Part shown: piece after piece, positions 38,485 through 49,048 of the stretch
Layout: every line of letters begins with the position of its first letter
Numbering within the stretch: position 1 is the stretch's first letter
Source of the DNA: an uncultured bacterium
Lineage (GTDB): Bacteria; Zixibacteria; MSB-5A5; CAIYYT01
Reading direction: 5' to 3'
DNA: 64,000 nt
Assembly: GCA_963726455.1 (NCBI GenBank)
Contig: CAVSCK010000004.1
Span: forward strand, 128,001-192,000
Notes under the pieces: generated by a model
Databases searched by the model: none
Told to the model about the DNA's origin: nothing
What the model saw: only the letters and a program-made list of their open reading frames with translations
Program-made: the position numbers and the translations under genes

Positions 38485-39568
38485 ATGGTTGTTAGTGACT
38501 ACATGCTTCGGGCGATGGAACTGGCTGAACTGGCCAAAGGCAAAACCGGTACGAATCCGCTGGTCGGCGCGGTGATCGTACGGGACGGCCGCATTATCGG
38601 TGAAGGGTATCATCATTTCTATGGCGGCGACCATGCCGAAGTCGATGCCATCAAGAATGCGCGGGAGGACGTCGCCGGCGCCGAGATGTATGTCAGTCTC
38701 GAACCCTGCTGTCATCACGGCAAGACCCCGCCCTGCACCGACGCTATCATCGCCGCCCGAATCAGCCGCGTTCATGTCGGCATGGTTGACCCGAATCCCA
38801 AAGTCGGTGGCAAGGGGATAAGCTTCCTTAAGAATGCCGGCGTCGAAATCGTTCTAAACAATCACCAGGACCAGGCACAGCGGCTGAATCAGGTATACAT
38901 CAAATTCATCACGACCGGGCTGCCGTTTGTCACGCTCAAGATTGCCCAGACACTTGACGGCAAGATCGCCGACGCCGATGGCAATTCCAAATGGATCACC
39001 TCCGAGGAGTCACGCCGTCAGGTCCACGTGTTGCGCTCGCAATCCGGTGCCGTTCTGGTTGGCGGCAATACCGTGCGTATCGACAATCCGGAACTCACTT
39101 CGCATGGCGTCGGCGACCATGATCCGTTGCGGCTGGTCTCTGACTCGCCACGGAATCGCCGATGAGAATCTGCGCGTGCTATCTCAAAACCGCGACGGCA
39201 AGACAGTCATTGTCACCGGCCAGTCGCGTGCTGACCGCGATCGTATCGACGAGACTTCCCCTCGCGCGATTACCTGGGCGCTACCCGAGGACGCAGAAGG
39301 TAGTGTCAACCTGGCCGATCTGTTACGTCACATCGGCGCTCAGAAGATTGTCGACCTCCTTGTTGAAGGCGGCGCCGAAACGTTCTCGGCATTTATTCAC
39401 GCAGGTCTCGTGGACAAGTATCTGATTGTCACGGCACCCAAACTTCTTGGCGACGGCAGGTGTTGGTTTCACGACCAGGGCCGGCGTGTTGACCAGGCGC
39501 TGAACTTGCGCCTTGACAGATCTTATGTAATCGGCGGCGATCTCTGGACGGAGGCATATCCGAGGTAA
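38485..39568 (+). CDS. ribD: Riboflavin biosynthesis deaminase/reductase RibD (frameshift ~39145)
   Basis: NPLVGAVIV, HAE, LEPCCHHGKTPPC, AQTLDGK, LLVEGG in second ORF. Confidence 0.94.
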
Positions 39569-39570
39569 CT

Positions 39571-40212
39571 ATGTTCACGGGAATCATTCAGGATATAGGC
39601 AAAATCGAGTTGCTACGGCACTACGGCGAGAATATCGAGTTCACGATTTTCACCGGGAAACTCGCCGCTGACATTCGCATCGGCGACTCGGTCGCCATCA
39701 GCGGCGTCTGCCTGACCGCAACCGCCGTCGATCAGAAACCCAGGCAATTCACAGTGTCCGCCGTCGGCGAAACCTTGTCGCGATCTGCGTTGCGCGAACT
39801 CCGGCAGGGCGACGAAGTCAATCTTGAACTTGCCCTGCAACCCACCGACCGGCTCGGCGGCCATTTTGTGCAGGGTCATGTTGATGCCGTCGGTCGTTGT
39901 GTTTCCGTTCGTCAGCGTTCCGGCAGCCACGAACTGCAATTCGAATTTCCGCGCGAATTCGCGCCATATCTTGTCGACAAGGGATCAATTGCCATCGACG
40001 GTGTGAGTCTGACAGTCTATGACGTGACCGACACTCAATTCGCCGTAAGCGTCATTCCGCATACCTGGGAACAGACGACGCTGCGAAGCATCACCTCCGG
40101 CACGACCGTGAATTTGGAATTTGACCTGCTCGCCAAGTACATCGCCAAACAAGCTTCAGCACGCAACGGCGACGCAATCACTGAGGCCAAACTTAGAGAA
40201 TATGGATACTAA
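39571..40212 (+). CDS. ribE: Riboflavin synthase
   Basis: [41 protein letters not shown]. Confidence 0.97.
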   Translation: MFTGIIQDIGKIELLRHYGENIEFTIFTGKLAADIRIGDSVAISGVCLTATAVDQKPRQFTVSAVGETLSRSALRELRQGDEVNLELALQPTDRLGGHFVQGHVDAVGRCVSVRQRSGSHELQFEFPREFAPYLVDKGSIAIDGVSLTVYDVTDTQFAVSVIPHTWEQTTLRSITSGTTVNLEFDLLAKYIAKQASARNGDAITEAKLREYGY

Positions 40213-40234
40213 CAATAGATGAGGAACAGCAACA

Positions 40235-41473
40235 ATGGATAACGTCAGGTTAAAACGAGGTCCAGACCGGTTCTTCGACGATGTCGCTGACGCGATCGAC
40301 GACATCAACGCCGGAAAGGTTGTCATCGTTTGTGATGATGAAGATCGCGAAAACGAAGGCGATTTCATTTGCGCCGCCGAGAAAGCAACACCGGAGACGA
40401 TCAATTTCATGGCGCGTTACGGTCGCGGCTTGATCTGCCTGCTGCTGACTCGACCTGATCTGGAGCGCCTGAATCTCATGCCGATGACGCCGCACAATAC
40501 CGCGAAACTCGGCACGCGCTTCACGATCAGTGTTGACGCGATCGCCGGCACGACCACCGGTATCTCGGCGTTTGACCGCGCCGAGACGATCCGTCAGATT
40601 GTGTCAAGCGATTGCCGTCCGGAGGAACTCGCGCGTCCGGGCCATGTGTTTCCCATCGAGGCGCTGCCCGGCGGAGTGCTGGCGCGCGCGGGACACAGCG
40701 AAGCATCAGTGGATCTGGCGCGGCTGGCTGGGTTGAAACCGGCCGGCGTGTTATGCGAGATCATGTCTGACGACGGCACAATGGCGAAGGTCGAAGAATT
40801 GCGACGGATTGCCGACCAATTCCAACTCAAGATGATCACGATCAAAGACCTGATCGCGTATCGCCACCACGTCGAGAATCTGGTGCATGAAATGGCCGAC
40901 GTAGATTTTCCGACTCACCACGGCCACTTTCGATTGCATCTTTACGCCTCGGAAATCGACGATCACCATCATTTGGCGCTCGTCAGAGGCGACGTTCGTG
41001 ATAAACAGGATGTGCTCGTGCGGGTACATTCGCAGTGTCTGACCGGCGATGTCTTTGGATCGAGCCGTTGCGACTGCGGCGACCAACTGGCAGCCGCCAT
41101 GGAGATGATCGACCGAGAGGGCGCCGGCGTCCTGCTCTATATGAGACAGGAGGGCAGGGGAATCGGGCTGGCCAACAAGATCCTTGCTTACGGCTTGCAG
41201 GATCAGGGACGCGACACCGTGGAGGCCAACGAAGAACTCGGCTTCCGCGACGATCTGCGCGATTACGGCATCGGCGCGCAGATATTGGCTGATCTCGGGC
41301 TGTCGACGATTCGCTTGATCACCAACAATCCGCGCAAGATCATCGGCCTCGAAGGTTACGGTCTGAAGGTGACGGAGCGCATTCCTTCCGAGGTACCGCC
41401 GACACAACACAATATGCGTTATCTGGAAACCAAGAGGGATAAACTGGGGCATTTGTTTAACACATTGAGGTAA
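40235..41473 (+). CDS. ribBA: Bifunctional DHBP synthase / GTP cyclohydrolase II
   Basis: [46 protein letters not shown]. Confidence 0.97.
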   Translation: MDNVRLKRGPDRFFDDVADAIDDINAGKVVIVCDDEDRENEGDFICAAEKATPETINFMARYGRGLICLLLTRPDLERLNLMPMTPHNTAKLGTRFTISVDAIAGTTTGISAFDRAETIRQIVSSDCRPEELARPGHVFPIEALPGGVLARAGHSEASVDLARLAGLKPAGVLCEIMSDDGTMAKVEELRRIADQFQLKMITIKDLIAYRHHVENLVHEMADVDFPTHHGHFRLHLYASEIDDHHHLALVRGDVRDKQDVLVRVHSQCLTGDVFGSSRCDCGDQLAAAMEMIDREGAGVLLYMRQEGRGIGLANKILAYGLQDQGRDTVEANEELGFRDDLRDYGIGAQILADLGLSTIRLITNNPRKIIGLEGYGLKVTERIPSEVPPTQHNMRYLETKRDKLGHLFNTLR

Positions 41474-41478
41474 AAAGC

Positions 41479-41943
41479 ATGGGTAAGATTTATAAGGGTG
41501 AGTTAATAGCTCACGATCTGCGGTTCGCGCTCTGCGTCTCGCGGTTTAACTCATTTCTGACCGAGCAATTGCTGTCGGGCGCCATCGATTGCTTGACACG
41601 CCACGGCGCCAAGGAAGAGAACTTCGACACCTACTGGACGCCGGGTTCGTTCGAGCTGCCATATCTGGCGTCGAAATTGTTGGAGAAGCCGCGGCACGAT
41701 GCCATCATCTGCCTGGGCGCGGTCGTGCGCGGTAACACGCCGCACTTTGATTTCATCGCAGCTGAGGTTACCAAGGGCATCGCCTCCCTGGCGCTCAAGT
41801 CGGGTGTTCCTGTCATTTACGGCGTCATCACCGTAGACACGCTGGAACAGGGAATCGAGCGCGCGGGCACCAAGGCAGGCAACAAGGGTTGGGATGCGGC
41901 GTTGTCGGCGATCGAAATGGCTAACCTGTATCGGGCATTGTAG
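41479..41943 (+). CDS. ribH: 6,7-dimethyl-8-ribityllumazine synthase
   Basis: SRFNS, PGSFELP, LGAVVRGNTPHFD, ERAGTKAGNKG. Confidence 0.97.
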   Translation: MGKIYKGELIAHDLRFALCVSRFNSFLTEQLLSGAIDCLTRHGAKEENFDTYWTPGSFELPYLASKLLEKPRHDAIICLGAVVRGNTPHFDFIAAEVTKGIASLALKSGVPVIYGVITVDTLEQGIERAGTKAGNKGWDAALSAIEMANLYRAL

Positions 41944-41948
41944 GGAAG

Positions 41949-42374
41949 ATGGGACAAAGAAAAAGAGCTCGTGAACTGGTGCTGAAGTGCCTCTATGCCC
42001 ATGATTCCACCGGCGAGTCGGTTGACTCCATCACCACTACTTTGATTGCCTCCGCCGGGCTGGAAGTCGAATCTCAGAATTTTGCGGAGCGGCTGTTTCG
42101 CAAAGTGGTTGAGTCAACGCCGCAACTCGACGAGAAGATAGCGGCGTTTTCGAAGAACTGGGACCTGGATAGGGTGGCGATGGTTGATCGCTGCATCATG
42201 CGGATCGCCATCTGTGAGTTTTCGCATTTTCCCGATGTTCCGGCGCAGGTGTCGATAAACGAGGCCGTGGAACTGGCGAAGAAATTCTCGACGCACGAAT
42301 CGTCGCGCTTCGTTAACGGAATTCTCGATGCCGTTTACAAAAGTCTCGACGACTCCGAGGCGGAATCGGCCTGA
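41949..42374 (+). CDS. nusB: Transcription antitermination factor NusB
   Basis: RKRARE, NWDLDR, VSINEAVELAKKFS...FVNGILD. Confidence 0.96.
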   Translation: MGQRKRARELVLKCLYAHDSTGESVDSITTTLIASAGLEVESQNFAERLFRKVVESTPQLDEKIAAFSKNWDLDRVAMVDRCIMRIAICEFSHFPDVPAQVSINEAVELAKKFSTHESSRFVNGILDAVYKSLDDSEAESA

Positions 42375-42648
42375 ATAAAGTTGGATCTGCGGTCGGTATC
42401 CTCTCCGTAAACAGCAGCGATTGCACCGATGCTCGCCGTTTGAATTGCCCGTGGCCGTCTTGCGTAGCCGACCTGACGCATTTCTGTATGCTGGCTCGCT
42501 GGAATGATCGCGTCGATTGCGGCGACTTTTTTGGTTGGCAATCGGGTATTCGCATAGTATATTCCCCGCCGAATTATTTCGTCCGCCGCGCTAACCTGCG
42601 GGTATACTTTTTGTTATCAGGTGAGCGGCTCTCCTTGAGGAGGAAGAT

Positions 42649-45177
42649 TTGACAGAGTACAAATTCGGATTGAGCACTGACAAGATCGATAAGGTTAATC
42701 TCGGATTGGGCATCTTCGTCTATGCGTTCTCGTTCATCGTTTTCCTGATGACCGTGCAACGCACGGTGTCATTCTGGGACTGTGGCGAATTCGTCGCCTG
42801 CTCGGCCAGTCTCGGCATCCCGCATCCGCCGGGAGCGCCGCTTTGGGTGTTGATCGGCAGGATATTCTCGACATTGCCGCTCGCTTCTGATGTGGGATTC
42901 CGCATAAATCTGATTTCCGTGTTCACTTCCGCCGGCGCTGCCATGTTCGGATACTTCGTGATTGTGAAGTTCGTGCGGGAATGGATGGGCGGAAATCCGT
43001 CCGAAATTCAAAGAGTCGGCATGTACGCCTCCGGTTTGTTCGGCTCGCTGTTGATGGCCTTCGCGTTCAGTAACTGGAACTCGGCTATCGAAGCCGAGGT
43101 TTACGGCGCTGCCATGCTGCTGATGATGATCATCATCTGGGCAACTCTCTGTTGGGCGGAACGCCGTGACGTTCCCGGAGCCAACAAGTGGCTGGTGTTG
43201 ATCGCCTATCTGAGTGTACTTTCTCTCGGTGTACATATGACCACCTATTTGGTCATGCCCTTCATTTATCTCATGATAATCGTTATCGGCGAAAAATTGC
43301 GTCGGGACTGGCGAGTTTGGGTAACCGGGCTGGTGTTGTTGAGCATCGTCGTTTCGATACCGCTGTTTATCTATTCGGGCGCCGCCTGGCTCGTCATCGT
43401 ATCGTCAATCTATCTGTCAAAACGAGACCCCATGTGGGCGTTGCCGTTCTACCTGATGGTAGCGGCGTTCATCGGCTGGAGTTGTCAATCGTATATTCTG
43501 GTTCGCTCCGGGCAGAAGCCGGCTATTAACGAAAACGCTCCCGACAACTGGAGCAAGTTCATGGGCTACCTTGAACGCAAGCAATACGGCCAGGGGTCGA
43601 TGGTTGCGCGCATGTTCACCCGGCGCGGATCACTTGAGAACCAGTTCGGCAGGCATGAACGGATGGGATTCTGGGGATTTTTCGAGCGACAATACGGTAT
43701 TCAAAAGACAGCGTTCACGTTCACGCTCTTTCCTCTCGGACTCTGGGGTCTATGGGAGCTATGGTTGCGGAGGAAAGAGAAAGGAATTCCTTTCTTCCTC
43801 ATGGTCCTGGCCGCGACCGTGGGGATGGTCTTGTATATGAACTTCGCCGACGGCACTATGGCAGGGAAGTTCCTGAATGACGAGGCCTATCTAGAGGTAC
43901 GCGATCGAGACTATTTCTGGCAACCCGGGTTTATTCTGTTCGCGCTGGCGATGGGACTTGGTTTTGCCTCGCTGTGGGACTTATCGTCTCGCTTTCTGCA
44001 AAACAAGTCCGCTCCCAAAGCGGTGTACGGCATGCTGGTATTCCTGCTGGTTCCGCTGGTGGCGCTTAAAGCCAATTATCATGAAAATGACCGTTCGAAT
44101 AATTACATTTCATATGACTATGCTTACAACTTGCTGATGTCCGCCGACACCAATTCGGTGGTCTTTACCAACGGTGATAACGACACTTTCCCGCTCTGGG
44201 CGCTGCAACAGGCCTATGGTGTTCGCCGTGACGTCCGGATCGCCAATTTGTCGTTGATCAACACTGAGTGGTATATCAAACAATTGAAGAACGAAATGGG
44301 CGTGCCGATCAGCTACACGGATGATCAAATCGATAACCTTCGGCACTACCGAACTTCCGACGGCAAGATCGTCCGCGTGCAGGATCAGATGATCGACAAC
44401 ATCATCAAGACCAGCCGCTGGACCATTCCGATCGAATTTGCTGTAACAGTGTCCGACGACAATCGTCTGTTCGAAGGCAAGCCGATTGACGACCATCTGG
44501 AAATGAACGGCATGATGTACCGTGTTAAGAAGGAAACCGGCACCGAAATGGTGGACGTGCCGCACACCGTGGATCTCTACGAGAACACGTTCCGATTCCG
44601 CGGCGTCGCTGACACGACGGTTTTCAAAGACGAAAATGCCGCCCGCCTCACCAACAACTATGCGGCCGGGTTCCTCTATATTTGCGAGGCACTGCGCAAG
44701 CAAAACGACCTGTCGCGCGCAATCTCACTGGCCCGCAAATCGCTCGCGACCGTGCCGGGACAGTGGCAGAGCTACGCCTACTTGATGCAGCTTTACGCCG
44801 ATGTCGATTCGATGGGGGCCGCCGAAAACGTCGCGCAATCGGCGCCGCCCAACGTTGACGTCAATATGGGCTGGATAGCCATTGCGACCGACACCTGGCA
44901 GCGCAAGCATGACAAACCGAAAGCGTACGGAATGCTGAACCAGGTACTGGCTCGTGATCCAAATAACCGCAACGCCTACCAGCAACTGCTGGCCTTCTAT
45001 TATCAAGACAAGCAATACGATAGTTTGCAGAGCATGCTGACGCGCTGGGTGGCGCTACATCCGGATGAGAGCGATGCCAAGGATGCGCTGGCCGAAGTAC
45101 AACGTTTGAAGAGCGCGGACACATCACGCACCGGTGTACGCCTGAAAAAAATGGACGTGCCGGGAGGAACTCAGTAG
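42649..45177 (+). CDS. DUF2723 (TMEM260-like GT-C) membrane protein with C-terminal TPR-like repeats
   Basis: SFWDCGEF...GIPHPPGAP, EAEVY, RDRDYF, FTNGDNDTFPLW; about 11-13 TM helices. Confidence 0.88.
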   Translation: MTEYKFGLSTDKIDKVNLGLGIFVYAFSFIVFLMTVQRTVSFWDCGEFVACSASLGIPHPPGAPLWVLIGRIFSTLPLASDVGFRINLISVFTSAGAAMFGYFVIVKFVREWMGGNPSEIQRVGMYASGLFGSLLMAFAFSNWNSAIEAEVYGAAMLLMMIIIWATLCWAERRDVPGANKWLVLIAYLSVLSLGVHMTTYLVMPFIYLMIIVIGEKLRRDWRVWVTGLVLLSIVVSIPLFIYSGAAWLVIVSSIYLSKRDPMWALPFYLMVAAFIGWSCQSYILVRSGQKPAINENAPDNWSKFMGYLERKQYGQGSMVARMFTRRGSLENQFGRHERMGFWGFFERQYGIQKTAFTFTLFPLGLWGLWELWLRRKEKGIPFFLMVLAATVGMVLYMNFADGTMAGKFLNDEAYLEVRDRDYFWQPGFILFALAMGLGFASLWDLSSRFLQNKSAPKAVYGMLVFLLVPLVALKANYHENDRSNNYISYDYAYNLLMSADTNSVVFTNGDNDTFPLWALQQAYGVRRDVRIANLSLINTEWYIKQLKNEMGVPISYTDDQIDNLRHYRTSDGKIVRVQDQMIDNIIKTSRWTIPIEFAVTVSDDNRLFEGKPIDDHLEMNGMMYRVKKETGTEMVDVPHTVDLYENTFRFRGVADTTVFKDENAARLTNNYAAGFLYICEALRKQNDLSRAISLARKSLATVPGQWQSYAYLMQLYADVDSMGAAENVAQSAPPNVDVNMGWIAIATDTWQRKHDKPKAYGMLNQVLARDPNNRNAYQQLLAFYYQDKQYDSLQSMLTRWVALHPDESDAKDALAEVQRLKSADTSRTGVRLKKMDVPGGTQ

Positions 45178-45190
45178 GACAACAGAGTAG

Positions 45191-46315
45191 TTGCGGATAC
45201 TGGCGATTAACTGGCAGGACCTGACGCACCCGCAAGCGGGGGGCGCTGAAGTCCATCTTGAGGAAATACTCAAGCGCGTTGTCGGCTGGGGCCACGAGGT
45301 GTCGCTGGCGTGCTGCACTTATCCGGGTTGCCGTGAGCGTGAAGACATCGACGGGATGCAGGTCCATCGCAAGGGCGGGCGCTCAACTTTCAATTTTGTG
45401 GCGCCGTCGCTCGTTCGTAAGATTCTCGACGAAAAGCCGCATGACTTGATCGTTGAAGACATCAATAAGATTCCTTTCTATTTGCCGTTGTTTTTCAAAA
45501 TGCCGCATCTGGCGGTGATTCCGCACCTGTTCGGCAGAAACATCTATCAGGAAGCGAATCCCGTTGTCGCGAGCTATGTATATTTCGCGGAGACTCCCAT
45601 CCGAAGCGTCTATCGCAAGTCGGGCTTTTTGGCGATCAGCGACTCGACCAGGCAGGACTTGATCCGACGCGGAATTGCGCCGGAGAAGATCGGCGTGGCT
45701 GAATGCGGTGTCGATCATGGCCTGTATCAGCCGGAAAAGCCGATTGTGAAATTCGAACGGCCGACTATTGTGTATCTGGGACGGATAAAGAAATACAAAT
45801 CAGTGCACCACCTGATTCAGGCGCTGCCCATTATCCAGAAGTCGGTTCCCGACGTCAAGGCGCTGATTGTCGGCGATGGCGATTATATGGAAGCACTCAA
45901 GCAATTGGTGCAGAAGCTGAAATTGCAGGACGCGGTGGAGTTCACCGGATTCGTGTCGTCGGCGCAGAAACTGACTTATCTGCGTCGCTCACATGTCTCG
46001 GTGTATCCCTCGCCGAAAGAGGGTTGGGGGATTACGAATATCGAGGCGAACGCTTGTGGGACACCGGTAGTCGCGGCCAATGTGCCGGGGCTGAGGGACT
46101 CTGTTGCGCCCGAGAAGTCGGGAACGTTGTACCGGTACGGTAACATCGGTGAAATGGCGAATCAAATCGTTCGGATGCTGACAGACAAGCCCTTGTACGA
46201 CGCCCTGTCGCAAGGTGCACTGGAGTGGGCGGCCAAATTCACCTGGGAGGATTGCGCCCGACGATCATTTGCTGTAATGGAGAAGACGTTGAGTGAATGG
46301 GGGAAAGTTGGGTAA
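45191..46315 (+). CDS. GT4 family glycosyltransferase
   Basis: NWQDLTHPQAGGAEVH, YLGRIKKYK, PSPKEGWGITNIEANACGTPVV. Confidence 0.93.
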   Translation: MRILAINWQDLTHPQAGGAEVHLEEILKRVVGWGHEVSLACCTYPGCREREDIDGMQVHRKGGRSTFNFVAPSLVRKILDEKPHDLIVEDINKIPFYLPLFFKMPHLAVIPHLFGRNIYQEANPVVASYVYFAETPIRSVYRKSGFLAISDSTRQDLIRRGIAPEKIGVAECGVDHGLYQPEKPIVKFERPTIVYLGRIKKYKSVHHLIQALPIIQKSVPDVKALIVGDGDYMEALKQLVQKLKLQDAVEFTGFVSSAQKLTYLRRSHVSVYPSPKEGWGITNIEANACGTPVVAANVPGLRDSVAPEKSGTLYRYGNIGEMANQIVRMLTDKPLYDALSQGALEWAAKFTWEDCARRSFAVMEKTLSEWGKVG

Positions 46316-47309
46316 GAAGCTACTGATCGTCGCTGGATTTCTGATCGGCGCATTCTTTCTCTATCTGTTCATCAGGAAGGTTGAGTGGGGCCAAGTCTAT
46401 TCGGCGCTTAAAGGGGCAAACTACTGGTGGTTAATTCCCAATGTCGTCTCGATCTTCATTGCGATGTTGCTGCGCGCCTGGCGTTGGGGATATATGGTCA
46501 ATCCTTTGAAGAAATGCTCGTTCCACGGTCTTTACGCTGCAACCATGATTGGATTCATGGCATCGAATATTCTGCCTGCGCGCCTGGGCGAATTCGTGCG
46601 CCCGATATCGCTGGGCAAGATCGAGAATGTGTCGCGTGCGGCAGCCATGGCCACAACGTTGGTGGAGCGCGTATTTGATCTGCTCACTTTATTGGCACTG
46701 TTCACGGCCATACTACTGTTCAAGAAGTTTCCGGAGACTTCCGACCTCCAGAATCTTGAAAAGGCCGGCTGGGTATTCTTCATTCTCACGGCGGTGTTGT
46801 TCTTCGGAATGGTACTGCTCAAGATCAAGACTGAACTGACTCTGCGCTGGCTGAACAAACTGCTGCACATCTTCCCGGACAGGATTCGCACGACGGGTAG
46901 CGACATCTTCGCGAAATTCGCGTCCGGGCTTCAAGTTCTCTCTGACACCAAAGCTATATTCATCATTACAGTTCAGTCAATCGTGCTTTGGGTGGTCATG
47001 GCGCTGTCGAACTATTTGATCTTTCTCGCGTTCGGCATGTCCAACCTTCCGATTGACGCATCGTTCGTGGTCCTCGCCGTCGTGTCGGTAGGGATCATGC
47101 TCCCCAATGCGCCGGGATTCATAGGGCCATACCAATACCTCACGGTACTCAGTCTCAGCCTATACGGCATACCATCAGACAGAGCAGCAGCTAGCAGCAT
47201 CGTCATGTGGGCGACGCAGTATTTCACCATCACGCTCGCCGGACTCTATCATCTCAAGCAAGAACATCTCTCGCTCAAGGAAGTCGAAGACAACACGGTC
47301 AACGACTAG
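46308..47309 (+). CDS. Lysylphosphatidylglycerol-synthase TM / UPF0104 flippase-like protein
   Basis: LRAWRW, ASNILPARLGEFVR, VERVFD, PNAPGFIG. Confidence 0.88.
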   Translation: MGKKLLIVAGFLIGAFFLYLFIRKVEWGQVYSALKGANYWWLIPNVVSIFIAMLLRAWRWGYMVNPLKKCSFHGLYAATMIGFMASNILPARLGEFVRPISLGKIENVSRAAAMATTLVERVFDLLTLLALFTAILLFKKFPETSDLQNLEKAGWVFFILTAVLFFGMVLLKIKTELTLRWLNKLLHIFPDRIRTTGSDIFAKFASGLQVLSDTKAIFIITVQSIVLWVVMALSNYLIFLAFGMSNLPIDASFVVLAVVSVGIMLPNAPGFIGPYQYLTVLSLSLYGIPSDRAAASSIVMWATQYFTITLAGLYHLKQEHLSLKEVEDNTVND

Positions 47310-47960
47310 GTCCCTCGAAATAAATGGGCGCGTAGCGCTACGCTATTGATGTCGCCGAACGCCGGTGCGGAAACCCTGACGCGTCGCGGTCGCATACACT
47401 GTTAGATGTATGCTCCCGGACGCGCTGCACAAGCGAACGCAGCCCTGACAGACCCGAAGCCATTTACTATTGCCGTGCCCCGGATGGGGATAGCTCGGGA
47501 GGCCTCCACGTAGAGTACGCTACCGGACAAACAGGAATGTTCGTCCTACGGCGCACAATACGGGCACGGCAACTCTTGGTACCAAGTTGACCACTGTCGG
47601 ACTCCGTCGTCGGCGCGGGTGGAAACCGAACCGGCGCCAAAGTCGGCGACAACGCCCTCTACTTATAGGGCTGACCGAGATTTTTGGTGTTCGGCACTAC
47701 AAAAATGGGTTTGGGTGGCAGGTCACAATCCCGCGCCGGACGGTTGGACACGAGTCAAGGGAATAGCGGTGCCGCGCGGGATCAGGACCTGCCACAACGG
47801 GGAAGTTCGAGGTTTTGAGGCGGCATGTCGGGTTTCTCATCCCGTCGTGATGGCGAGACGACCGGCAGGCAAAGAGGGATCGAGTATTGTCGGCGGAATT
47901 ATCGGGAGAAGATGGGACTCGGAACACCGACCTACGCGGAATACAAATTGCAGCGCAGGG
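47310..47960. repeat. Intergenic mosaic of palindromic REP-like elements
   Basis: Inverted GTAGGACGAACATTCCTGTTTGTC (47526-47549, also 51331-51354); GGCAGGTC...GACCTGCC hairpin (47716-47795); inverted family-B unit (47825-47936). Confidence 0.65.
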
Positions 47961-47964
47961 GCGA

Positions 47965-48834
47965 TTAGTGCGGGATCTTCCCAAAAATGTAGTTCAGCAA
48001 ATAGACGACGTCGTTAATGGTAAGGCCATCATCACCGTCGAAGTTGCCGTGCAGATAATCCTTGGGAGCCGGACCGCCCGAAAAGATATAGGACACAAGA
48101 TATGTGACGTCGGAGATGTTAAAGTGACCATCGCCGTTGCAGTCGCCATAGAGGCCGTAGTCGGTCCTGATCGCGACGCTGCCGGAGTGGAAGTTGGCTC
48201 CGCGGATATTGACGACCGGGCCGGGGACTATGCAACTCGGTTGAGCGCCGCCGAGGTTGGGGTCCAGGCCGGTGATGTTGGCGCCTTGGTTGTCATAGAC
48301 GAAACGGGCAAACCAGGCGGTGTCGGCCGCAACCGATCCGAAGGTATTGTTGACGCAATCAGTCCAGTAGAAATTGACCGGAGCCGTTGAGCCGGCTTTG
48401 GTGGTGTCAGTGGTCACGTTAAAGTTTAACTTTAAGAGTTGCCCTAATTGCGATAAGCATGAAGGATGTACATTCCCGTTGTCGATGTCGGCGATGGCGT
48501 TAATCTCGACAAGACGAGTGTCGCACTGGGTGCAGGGGAGCAGGTTAAAAGTGAAGGATTCCCAATTGCAGCCAGCTAGTGAGTTGCCAATGGCGGCATT
48601 GACAAACGTCAGCCGGGTGGCGTCAAAAGCGACCAACAACCGGAACGAAGCAAAGGCCTCACTGCCGGACATGACATCAACGCCCACTGTCACGGGATCA
48701 CCGATTCGGATGTTGGTGACGTTTTGGGCGGTAATATCGAAAGGTGTCATCGGGCTGGCAGCATACAGTGAGGCAGCCAGGAGCGTGAACGCCAGAACCG
48801 TCAAGCGCATCAACTTTAGAGCATCGCAAACCAT
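47965..48834 (-). CDS. Secreted cohesin-like + dockerin protein
   Basis: Signal peptide; GDPVTVGVDV...FASFRLLVAFDATRLTFVNAAIG...LLKLNFNV cohesin-like pattern; C-terminal GDCNGDGHFNISDVTYLVSYIF dockerin. Confidence 0.78.
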   Translation of the reverse strand: MVCDALKLMRLTVLAFTLLAASLYAASPMTPFDITAQNVTNIRIGDPVTVGVDVMSGSEAFASFRLLVAFDATRLTFVNAAIGNSLAGCNWESFTFNLLPCTQCDTRLVEINAIADIDNGNVHPSCLSQLGQLLKLNFNVTTDTTKAGSTAPVNFYWTDCVNNTFGSVAADTAWFARFVYDNQGANITGLDPNLGGAQPSCIVPGPVVNIRGANFHSGSVAIRTDYGLYGDCNGDGHFNISDVTYLVSYIFSGGPAPKDYLHGNFDGDDGLTINDVVYLLNYIFGKIPH

Positions 48835-49048
48835 GTGTATCTCCGTGCAGGTAATGGGTAAGTATCCCTAAGTGGTCTTAACCGGCACTAATATAACTCA
48901 CGGCGCTAATATGTAAAGGTCTTTTTCCCGGGTGTATGGAGATTGCACATTGATTTGTGACTTGAGGTGAGGCCGCTAAGTGTAATGCAGGCACCGCAAT
49001 ACGGCGCTGCCTAATCAGGTAAAAGTAATGGAAATGGAGCCAGGTTGA

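Noticed and set aside
47470-47560. SRP RNA or other housekeeping ncRNA
   Set aside because: No SRP CAGG...GGAAGG/AGCAG motif seen on either strand; partly explained by a repeat also found at 51331
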